NCBI GenBank assembly: GCA_051313645.2
Contig: JBNRSN020000003.1
Span: forward strand, 370,450,001 to 370,514,000
From: Centroscyllium fabricii
Lineage: Eukaryota
Direction: 5' to 3'
DNA length: 64,000 nucleotides
Shown: one piece after another, positions 12,683-23,009 of the stretch
How the letters are laid out: each line of letters starts with the position of its first letter
Position numbering within the stretch: the stretch's first letter is position 1
Made by a program: the position numbers and the translations under genes
The notes under the pieces: model-generated
Databases searched by the model: none
The model's input: only the letters and a program-made list of their open reading frames with translations
What the model was told of the DNA's origin: nothing

Positions 12683-14939
12683 CCAAACTTGTGGAAGGCG
12701 AACAGATTCTTCATTACCCGATTGAAGGAGTCCTGACTATTAGATAAACAGCCCCCGCCCCCTCACTTCCAATATTTTCATAACTAACATACAAAAGTGT
12801 TCAAAGAAAATTAAAAACAAAAAAATATTTTTAATGTCCCAATGATTTGACTCCCGGGTTGGCTCGCAGCAGTTGTCCTGGAGATTAGTCTGTAATTCTT
12901 GGAGACTCCAGGGTAATCCTGGAGCATTGGCAACCCCTCCCCACAGAGAGCAATGCCGCGGAGCTGGCTCCCGTGTGTACAGAAATGAACCTGGCTCTCT
13001 TGTCCCCGCAGGTCAATCACAGTGGCGCAAGAAAACTACTCGGCACTTGTTCTAAGTATTAAACAAGGCTTTAATCAACTGTTCTTCAACATGGAGATCT
13101 AGTTGTGTCCTTCACTAGTTCCTGTTGAAGAATGTCCTGAGCAAGCTGGGCCCAGGCCTGAGTATTTATACTCTCCCTGGACAGCGCTGTTAACTCACTC
13201 ACTCTGTGAGGACCCACCCTAGCCTGGGGGTCTGGGTTCTTACTTTAGGAGACTAAACACGTCGGTCAGTCTGTCACTTTCTCAGTAATACACAAAGTCA
13301 GATACTGTAAAATAATTAAAATTTATTAAAGTAATCCCAGTCCCGGTACTTCACTCTGAGAGACTCCTTGTGTTTGCACACAAGCCTAGCAACCCAGAAG
13401 TGCGTACCACTCGCTCTGAGACTGCAATTATTTATGCAATAGCTAAATGCAAAAAGACCTTGCAAAAAGATTAAATGTACATAAGCTCAACGAATAATTC
13501 TTAAAACCGAAAACAACCAATGGAGAAAACAATATATAGAGACAGTACAAAACCCAATTAAATGTCAACATCTTGTGTTGACTCCTCCTTATCTTGCAGC
13601 TGCAGCTTTGTTATGAGAAAGGGAGAGAGAGAAGGTCTCTATGTGCAGACAGTCTATCGCTATACTTTACCTCTTTGCTTCTAAACTTTTAACCCATGTC
13701 AAACTATAGTAAAGCAATCTAGAATTAGCCAAAGTTTATCAGCGCCACCAGCCAGTATTGTGGAAATGACTTTTGAAACATGAGTGACAAGATTCATGTC
13801 ACACAGTGTCACCTCTTTAGACTGTGGCGTGGAGCTAAAAGAGGGAGACTGGATCTGCACTGCTTATCATGTTACAAGATTATGTGATGTTAAACAAGGG
13901 CTGCGATAATGTCAGTGGATAGAAAAATATGGAAATTGTAACCTTTGTGCTTTTAAGAAAAATTGTTTACAATATTCACAGCTTGTCTACTGGCGTTGGA
14001 CACATATTCATGTCTGTTCTGGGATGAACTAGCTGTTTTCTTCAACTCTGCAGAATGCTCACTTTATTATGGACCCAGGTTTTGATAAAATTAAACAGTT
14101 GAAGGGCTTCCACAGTGTAACTTTTTTGACACTCTTATTTGTACATGACAGCATGGCAGAAAATCCCTGCTTGAGAGGTTGCAATTCTCCCAACCTCTTC
14201 AGTCAACTGGGGAGGAGGAGGAAATCCTGACACGTATGTCCAGTGTAGTCGACCTACGATTGCGCTGGCTCCTCACGTTTGCGTAGTCACAGCCAGCGCT
14301 CCATTATCCCATTTAATGTGTCCACGATACCATCGCAATAAGGGAGCCAGGCTTCTTTATCCTGAGGTGTGCAGTGGATAGGTTTCCCTGCATTGCCTGC
14401 ATTGTGATCCGTGGTGAAGCAAAGGCGTTCGGTGCTGGCCCCCAAGTAAGCTGCGCACAAAGCTCTCGCGATCTTGGTGTCGAGATGCTCAGGTTTTCAG
14501 ACGTGTAATTCAGAATTAACGGAGTATAGTGGGGATCCCCTAGTGCGAGCTGCTGTGACGTCAACAAGCTGTCCAAGCAGCCAATCAAAAATGCAGAATT
14601 TTCACAGACCGTGAATCAGGAAGTGAGTAAGCTCTTAAAATTCTAACATTTAAAAAATGTTTGAGAGAGCAAAGCAAAGAGTGGGTCTCTCATATGGCGA
14701 AAAGACAAACCTGAAATAAAGATTAATAAAAAATAAAAAAAATTCTTTGCCATTTTAATAAAAAAATTAATTTATAAATTTGACGCTGCACAAAATTAAA
14801 ATTCATTTTTCAGGCCCATAAGCTTTGTTTAGCAGTCAATACACTGTTAAAACCCCAGTTACACCGAACCCCTTTGGGTCTAACTGTTAGTGGGGTATTT
14901 CACTGTGTAAGAGCCAATGTTTTCGTCAGTTTTCCTAAT

Positions 14940-15170
14940 TTGGGGGCGGGGAGTGGGGGGCATGGGAGTTGTTGTCGGGAGGGGTAATGGGGGAGTGGGG
15001 GGACCGGGGGTTGGGAGAAGACTCGGGCGGGAGGGGGAGCGGGGGTCGGGAGGGGACGGGTTGGGAGGGGAGTGGGGGGGTGGGTGTCGGGAGAGGAGTG
15101 GGGGGATGGGGATCGGGAGGGCACGGGGAGGGGAGTGGGGGGACGGGGGTCGGGATGGGTAGCGGGGGAG
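14940..15170 (+). repeat. G-rich low-complexity tract inside a degenerate TIR-like element (~14490-15338)
   Basis: More than 20 runs of GGG or longer; downstream end AAATTCCAGGCCA resembles the family X terminus. Confidence 0.7.
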
Positions 15171-15904
15171 CGGGCGCTGCACAGCCTTTGGGGGAGCAGT
15201 GAACGACAGACTGCAACTTCAGGATTTCCACATTAGGCTGCGCATGCGCTAAATCCTGAAGTTGCCGGTCAGTTTCAAAGGCGGAATGGCGATGAACGCT
15301 GCCAGTTCGCCGTCATCGGGACCACAAATTCCAGGCCATTATGAAAGTGCCTTGAAAAGATCAGTGGGGAAAGTTGGTGGCGGCTGTGAGACTGAAGAAC
15401 ACTGTGGATCGGTGGTCAAGATACAAAAAGAAAGCTTTTCTAACAGTTGTGGCACAGACATGGTTCATCTTTTGCGGCAAGATGTGTTGTGATTATGTGA
15501 TTCTAAAATGTTTATGTGGGCACTCTGTGGAGATCCATGCAGCAGAGATTCTGTGTCAGTGGTGTCAGAGTTATGCAGAAACTGTCCCCAAGTCCAATGG
15601 TGTATGTAATGACTCATCAAATCTTATCTTTATACCAGAAGTATGGCAGAAAGTATACCACGTGTAATTTGAACCTAATCACTCGTTTAGTTATATTTTC
15701 ATCTGGACCGTTCTAGACACACAGGCTTGCCAACCCGGGTGTAAAACTGCTGCTGCGGATTGGCTGCCTGTTTTTAGAAGCCACACGGTTTTCATTTACG
15801 TTGAATTGCCAGGGCGGCAAGTTGAAAATCTACCCCCAAAGACTGTTTATTTTTTGGTCAGCCTGTTATCTGACACAGGCAGAAACGCTTCAACAAACAC
15901 TTCG

Positions 15905-16285
15905 AAACATATAAGATTGTGAGGGGGCTTGATTGGGTCGATGCGGTGAGGATGTTTCCACTGATGGGTGAGACTAGAACACGGGGTTATAATCTTAGAA
16001 TAAGGGGCTGCCCTTTCAAAACTGAGATGAGGAGAAACTTCTTCACTCAGAGGGTAGTAAATCTATGGAATTTGCTACCTCAGCAAGCTGTGGAAGCTGC
16101 GACATTAAATAAATTTAAAACGGAGTTAGACAGTTTCCAAGCTGATGAGGGAATAAGGGGTTACGGGGAGAGGGCAGGGAAGTGAACGTGAGTCTAAGTT
16201 CGGATCAGCCATGATCCTATTGAATGGTGGAGCATGTCCGAGGGGCCGTATGGCCGACTCCTGCTCCTACTTCTTATGTTATGTA
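15905..16285 (+). mobile_element. CR1 3' fragment with short-type 3' UTR
   Basis: ORF 15919-16185 is the CR1 ORF2 end; UTR lacks the 120-nt module. Confidence 0.9.
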
Positions 16286-16564
16286 ACTTGTCTAGGAGTC
16301 TCCAAATTAATCTACGCAGAAATCCACATAAGTCGTGTTTCTGTTTGGCTGATTAGGAGGGCGCACGCGCTCCACAGAGGAACACGCCTCGCTTAGCTGA
16401 GTCCCGGCAATTTAAGCGCAGTTTTGCCAGTGCGTAGACACCTCCAAGTGTTCCTCACAGAGATACTGCTAGAGTTTAATCCGCTCAAACCATGCAACTT
16501 AATAGGATAGAGCAGCCTACTGTTACCTGGTCAAAACAACCATATCAACAGGACAAAAAGGATA

Positions 16565-16945
16565 GAAAGACGTGCATTTCTATAGCGCCTTTAACGGCCT
16601 AATGATGTCCCAAAGCGCTTCACAGCCAATTGAGTACTTTTGAAGTGTTGTAATCTAGGTAACGTGGCAGCCAATTTGCGCACAGCAAGCTTCCACAAAC
16701 AGCAATGTGATCATGACCAGATAATCTGTTTTAGTGATGGTAAAATATTGGCCAGGACATTCTCCTGCTCTTCTTTGAAACAGTGCCATGGGATCTTTTA
16801 TATCCACCTGCAAGAGCAGACGAGGCCTCCATTGAAAGTTTTATCCAAAAGACGGCACCTCCGACAGTGCAGCACTCCCTCAGCACTGCACTGGCGTGTC
16901 GGCCTAGATTTTTGTCATCAAGTTTCAGGTGTGGGGCGTGAGTTA
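16565..16945 (-). mobile_element. Deu-domain SINE (SacSINE1-like)
   Basis: Reverse-complement match to 20966-21432. Confidence 0.75.
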
Positions 16946-17429
16946 GAGACAGGAGGATTATCTTATGCCGAGTGTGAGGAATCCCACTCTCCAGGGCCCC
17001 TTTATGTACCTGTCTGGCTGGCCAGTTGTCAAGTGATCTGCAGTACTGCCGCCCCACCTGCTTTGTTTTTCGGCTTTCCAAGTTCACTGCAGAAGGTCCA
17101 GATCGCCCTTCACCTGGCATGCCGGCACACAGAGATCTCACTTGCCTATGTCACAAACAGGTTGGTGAATGCCCCTCTGTACCTCCATTCCCCCCCTCCT
17201 AGATTACAGAAGATGTCTAGTGGGGATATGGAAGATGTTTCCCGTTCTGGTTTGAATTTAAACAGCCAACATTTTTTTGGAACTCTGTCCAAGTTCAAAC
17301 CCGAATGGAAACTTTTCACCTGAACCTTCATTAAACCATTAGATCAAGGAAAAATTCAGTTCCTAGACTCAAAGCGGGTTCAGAGCACCAACAGCAACAT
17401 CCTGTGCGCAGATGCTCAAAGTCCGCACA

Positions 17430-17900
17430 CACGGCACAGAAGGAGGCCATTCGGCCCATCGAGTCCGTGCCAGCTCTCAGTAGAGCAATCCAGTCAGTCC
17501 CATTCCCCCGCTCTGTCCCCGTAGCCCTGCAAGTTTATTTGCCTCAAGTGCCTATCCTGTCTCCCATTGAAAACATTGAGTATGTCCGCTTCCACCACTT
17601 CCGTCGGCAGCGAGTTCCAGGTCGTCACCACTTGCTGTGTTAAAAAGGTTTTCCCTCACATTCCCCCTTGTATCTCGTGCCCTAAACTTTAAATCTGTGT
17701 CCCCTCGTCAACTCGTGGGAACAGCCTTTCCCCATCTAGCCTATCCAAACCCGTCATAATCTTGTACACCTCGATCAAATCACCCCTCAACCTCCTTTGC
17801 TCTAATGAAAACAAATCCAGCTTCTCCAACCTGTCCTTGTAGCTAAAATCCCCCATCCCCAGAACCATTCTGTTAAATCTCCTCTGCACCCTCTCAAGTG
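17430..17900 (-). mobile_element. CR1 3' fragment
   Basis: ORF 17689-17889 QRRFNRMVLGMGDFSYKDRLEKL..RRLRGDLIEVYKIM. Confidence 0.85.
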
Positions 17901-18479
17901 CCTTGGACTGTTTTAACTTCTGGAAATTTTGACAATCTCACCGTAGAAAGGATCTTGGTATGATTGGTATTAAAATGCTATTGTTTAGTTAAGTGCAGCT
18001 TTTAAGGGGTTAAATTCATATGATGTCAGAGCAGGGAAATGTAGATTAGGATTTAGACAAGGCATTTGAACCAGAGCGCTCTCGACAGTGAAAGATAGTT
18101 CACACACCCTCGTGATCATACACATCTATTGTTGAGATGACCTTATTCATACAAATTCAGCAAGGGTACTTACCAGGAGAGTTCTGGTTATAATCTACTC
18201 CTCTGGTAAGGTTTCTGATTATTATGGTCGGGCTTTACTGGCGAATCACCGAATGGGGAAGAAGGCAGGGGGACAACCCATCCACATCCTCTAACAAAAA
18301 GAAAAAAAACCCACAATCAACGTCAGTCAGGGTGGGCTGCTGAGATAAAGGCAAGGAAGCCCTTGGTAGTTTATTGTAAGACTAGTGCTGACTAGGCCCA
18401 TGTAAGTCTTGGCCTGTTGCAATGCCAGGCTGACCGAAGCAAGTGTTAAGTTAGCCTTGTAACTCGCGGCATTGTTTAT

Positions 18480-20000
18480 TGGCCCAGAAATTCCGGTGGC
18501 CCAGAAATTCCGGTCGCCCCGGGTGAGTCCACGCTGGGTACTCACCCGTAGGCCCATCCGAAGTGCCAGTTTCATGCATGCGCGCAAAACCGGCACTTCC
18601 GATCGATCCCCTGACAGAAGGGGTCAGGGGTCGGTACGCGTGTGCGTGTGCGGCAGCGCGTGGGCAATGCACTTCCGATTTTCTTTACAGGTCTGTGTGT
18701 GGGTAAGTATGGAGAAAGATACGGCTGCTTTTTTCATGCGCAAAGACCCCTTTTCAGAAGGTAAGTGGTGAATTAATTCAATTTAAAAAAAAAAATTCCA
18801 CAGATTTTTAAGTTTTAAATACTTTAAAGAAAGGTAAGTTTATTTTTAGCCCTGTAATGCCCTAGTTTCACTGGAGGCTAAGTATGCCAAGTATCCCAAG
18901 AATCGTCCAGAATTGAAATCTTGGCGATTCTTGGTGATTCTGCATGAAATGCGAAAAATACTTGGTTGAATCTTGGCGATTCTTGGTGAATTCTTGGCGA
19001 TTCTGGACAAGGTTACGAATCTATCACGAATTATTTTACGAATGAGGTACGAATCACTCACGAATCCACCACGAATTGCAAGAATTAATTAAGAATCCAC
19101 TACGAACTCCACGAATTAGTTACGAATTCTACGAATTAGCTACGAATTATCTACGAATGGCATTCGTAGTGCATTCGTAGTGCATTCGTGGACATTCGTG
19201 GACAATCGTGGTGCATTCGTGGTGCATTCGTGGTGCATTCTTGATTTTGAAAAAATGAAGAATGCCCAAGAATAGTCAAGAATGCACCACGAATCCACTA
19301 CGAATCAGTTACGAACGGTAAGAAAGGGTCACGAACGGTAAGAATGGGTCACGAATTGTTTACGAATCTATCACGAATTGAAAATTCGTGAACCCTCCTA
19401 CGAATTTTTTTGACAAACAAAAACTTTCCTTAAAAGTAAAAGAACTCCCGCGAACTACCGCGAACTCTACGATTGCGCTACGAATCCACTACGAATCTAC
19501 TACGAATCCACTACGAATTGCAAGAATGACCCACGAATCGGCCAAATTTAAAAATCGGCACGATTCGGGAATTCGTAGCCTCCAGTGAAACTAGGGCATA
19601 AAAAAACTTTCATTATTTTTTTCAAATTTTTTAATTTTTGTTTAAAACAGCTAATTTATGTCATTGATAGTTATTTTAAAAAATATGTTTTTTAAAAAAA
19701 TTATTTGAAAATTTACTGAGGTTTTGGGGCTTGTAGTATTCATAAATTTGACAGCTCTTCCTGTCAAACTTATGAATGGAGCATTCTGTGCTCCAATTGG
19801 CTCCCCGTGGCCCACGTGATCCCGCGCAATATCTCGCACTAACTGCGCCGCTCGGATACGGGAGCGCGGCGTGCCGGCACTTCAGGAAGGCCCCGCATCG
19901 GAATGCCATGCGGTGGCACAGCTCAGCGGCCGGCGCAGTAGGTAAGTGTAGGTTGGAGGCTTACACTCGCGGGAAGCCTGCAACCTGAATTTCTGGGCCA
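18480..20000 (-). mobile_element. Family X TIR element copy 2 (duplicated terminal 17-mer; nested Harbinger MITE)
   Basis: TGGCCCAGAAATTCCGG twice at 18480-18513; AATTTCTGGGCCA at 19988-20000; TTAT on both flanks. Confidence 0.8.
18858..19598. mobile_element. PIF/Harbinger MITE filled with ACGAAT/AAGAAT motif arrays
   Basis: Perfect 23-bp TIR TGCCCTAGTTTCACTGGAGGCTA; TSD TAA (18855-57, 19599-601). Confidence 0.9.
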
Positions 20001-20090
20001 TTATTTTCCTTATTTGTGATGAGGAGCTTGCACATGGCTGAAGTAAGTGAGGTTTGACTATAACTCTCACTCTATATGTTACACCAGCAA

Positions 20091-20445
20091 AGTTAATGTT
20101 TCAGGTCTGTGACCCTTCGTCAGAACTGGTAAAAGTTGGAGATGTAACAGGTTTTAAGCAGGTGCAGAGGCAGGGAAAGAGGGGGTGGTGGGGGGAGGGG
20201 AGGAAGGAACTAAAGGCATAGTCTGTGCTAGGATTGAACTTGGGGGAGATTAAATGTTGCAAATGAGGATGGCAGAATCATCAACAGCTGCCGCCTGAAA
20301 AATGGTTATAGTCTGAAATTGTTGAACTCAATGTTGAGTCCAGAAGGTTGTAAGGTGCCTCATCGAAAGATGAGGAGCTGTTCCTCGAGCTTACGTTGAG
20401 TTTCATTGGAACAATGTGAGAGGCCGAGGACAGAAAGGTCTACAT
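20091..20445 (-). mobile_element. Penelope-like element 3' end (GIY-YIG C-terminus plus minimal hammerhead)
   Basis: DLSVLGLSHCSNETQRKLEEQLLIFR*GTLQPSGLNIEFNNF on -; CTGACGA-AGGGTC-ACA-GACCT-GAAA at 20091-20130. Confidence 0.8.
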
Positions 20446-20965
20446 GTTCACTTACTTCCTGTAAAGTGAAGCAGCTTAACAATTGGCCTCCACTCACCGA
20501 AGTGTTACAGTCCACTCGCTGAGTGGTTGGTAGGTATGTGAGGGCATGGCCTAACGACACAGTATCCAGTTCACATTGCAAGGGGGTACTATTTTATACC
20601 CTGTGGTTACACAGTCATACCGATTGTGTAATAACAGGCACATTCCTAAAGGCAACCAAGGCGCAGGAATACAATTATGGGCGTGACCAACACCAAAAGG
20701 ATATCTAAAGCTGATCTGTAATATGCACCCCCCCCCCCCCTCGACATCAGGTGAAGATCTTTGCAGGCCTACAGTACCCTGTTGTCCAGCGTCACCAAGC
20801 AACCATTTATATCTGGTGCTTCATTCATAGTGTGGACACACTTCCAAATGGTGTGCTTGCTGCCTGAGCAAATGAGAAATGTGGTGACAGATTTCCTTCC
20901 CCAACTCCTCTGAAGTGTGTGTTCCACCTTGCCACACTTCCCAAATCCTGTGCTGGCCCTAGTCA

Positions 20966-21432
20966 TGTCAGCTGTGGCTCAGTGGGTAGCCCCCTCGCCT
21001 CTGAGTCAGACGGTTGTGGGTTCAAGTCCCACTCCAGAGACTTGAGCACATAAAGCCAGGCTGACACTCCTAGTGCAGTACTGAGGGAGTGCTGCACTTG
21101 TCGGAGGTGCCATCTTTCGGATGAGACGTTAAACCGAGGCCCCATCTGCTCTCTCAGGTGGATGTAAAAGATCCCACGGCACTATTTTGAAGAAGAGCAG
21201 GGGAGTTCTCCCCGGTGTCCTGGACAGAATTTATCCCTCAACCAACATAACAAAAACAGATTATCTGATCATTGTCACCTTGCTGTTTGTGGGAGCTTGC
21301 TGTGTGCAAATTGGCTGCCGTGTTTCCCACATTACAACAGTGACTACACTTCAAAAAGTACTTCATTGGCTGTAAAGCGCTTTGAGACGTCCAGTGGTCG
21401 TGAAAGGCGCTATATAAATGCGGGTCTGTCTT
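20966..21432 (+). mobile_element. Full-length Deu-domain SINE (SacSINE1-like)
   Basis: tRNA head with A box (TGGCTCAGTGG) and B box (GGTTCAAGTCC); Deu core GGGAGTGCTGCAC..GGAGGTGCC.TCTTTCGGATGAGACGTTAAACCGAGG; L2-type tail. Confidence 0.85.
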
Positions 21433-21761
21433 CCTTAATTACTATTTTGTGAAATTACGGAGAAACAAATGTAATTTAGCAGCACTTTCCCAACTATGCA
21501 TATCATTCTATTCCAGCGAGTCAGGGTTTCAGTGTTACCTGTATTTTGTTGTTAGCTAACAAGGGCATGCAGTGCCTGGAGTACTGCCGATAACTACAGG
21601 CTGCTAATAAGTTGTCTGCTGATTTCAATTTGCGTCTCTATTGCAAAGACAGCATCATCACAGGTCGGTTCCCATGTTAATTAGTGCTCAACATAATCTT
21701 GTCCGATTGATATTCATGATGGCTGCTGTGGCTTAGAGAAAAGTTACATTCTGAAAAATAA

Positions 21762-22518
21762 TGGCCCAGATATTCCAATCGCAAGCCTTCCGCCCACGGG
21801 AGGCCTGCGATCTGGAAACCTCTGTGCCCTGACCTGAGGGCTCCCGGGAGGCGTAGAGTTCCACTGCTGGGCCTCTTCACACTACCGGTGCGCATGGCCC
21901 ACGTATCCCAGAGGCGCAGGCGGTTCACAGTGTCCCTGGGATCACGTGGGCCATGGGGAGCCAATCAGAGAAGGAAATCCCCTTCATACATTTGACAGGA
22001 AGACCTGCAAAATATATGAATGGAGATCACCCCCAAAACATAGTAGAACTTTAAATACATTTTTAAAAAATCACATTTTTAAAATGACTTGAAAGTCCAA
22101 TAAATTAACTATTTTAAACAAAACTTAAAATTTTTGAAAAAAATAACGTTTTTTACGGGGTTAAAAATAAACTTTTTTACAAAGTATTTTTAAATGATAA
22201 ATCAGTGGGGCGAAAAAAATAGTTTTTGTTGCTTTTTTCAACTCTAATCCTGGTAAAAGCAGGCCTTACACCTGCTTTTACCAGGCGCAAGAATTGTAAG
22301 TGTTTTCTGCAGGCGGAGGCTCTCCAAAAAGCGGAACTCTCCGACCGCAGAAGCCCTGCTCCCGGGCAGGCGGAGGATCTGTCCAGAGCTTTCTTGACAG
22401 ATCGGAAATGCCAGTTTCCAGCGCATGTGCAGTGCAGGCCTAAAACCGACACTTCCGATGTCCTTACGGGTGAGTACACAGCGCGTACCCACCCATAGGG
22501 ATCGGAATATCTGGCCCA
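21762..22518 (+). mobile_element. Family X TIR element copy 3 (divergent subfamily)
   Basis: TGGCCCAGATATTCC / GGAATATCTGGCCCA; same internal layout. Confidence 0.75.
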
Positions 22519-23009
22519 ATAGATTGCGACACAACTCAAACATTTTTAGATACTTTTGTACCTCTTTCTTTCAGTTGGTGCCTTGTGCTTTTTTTAAGCG
22601 GGGAAGAGTCGACAGGTCTGAACTGTGTTGATATGTTCATTGGCTACTGTGTGTATTGGGCAGCAATGGATCAATACAAATGGAGTGCAATCTTCTCTGG
22701 TACCTCAGTTAGTAAATGCACGGTCCCAGTGTGGGGCACAATGCCATTCCCAGTCCGTGCTGAGTCAACTAATCTCAGTCAAGGTAGCGAGAATTTTTAA
22801 AAATTAACTTCGGCAACCCCTGGTCCAGGGAACGGGAGAAATCGGAAAGGGCTCCCACTTGTAATTGCTACCCGCTGGTTTTTGCTGTTAAGTGTGGCTG
22901 AGCGGATGTCAAGTCAGGATAGAATTAGGCTCAGAAGCGATGCTCCCAGGAACAACTGGCTTACTTACACTCGGGGCGTAGGAGACCATGAAATTACCAG
23001 ATTGCGGTA

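Larger units (their letters stand above)
10724..12939. mobile_element. hAT-like MITE hosting nested CR1 and solo LTR
   Basis: Ends TAGGGTCGCCAAC / TTGGCAACCC; degenerate 8-bp flanks CACACGGA / CCCACAGA. Confidence 0.65.

Noticed and set aside
13000-13570. Two further solo LTRs
   Set aside because: LTR-like signals are present, but termini and TSDs could not be fixed, so they are not listed as features
16640-17323. 227-aa ORF
   Set aside because: Runs through an antisense SINE and non-coding sequence; no domain features
18858-19598. Telomere-like or CRISPR-like repeat
   Set aside because: Bounded by perfect TIRs and a TAA TSD, so it is the interior of a MITE
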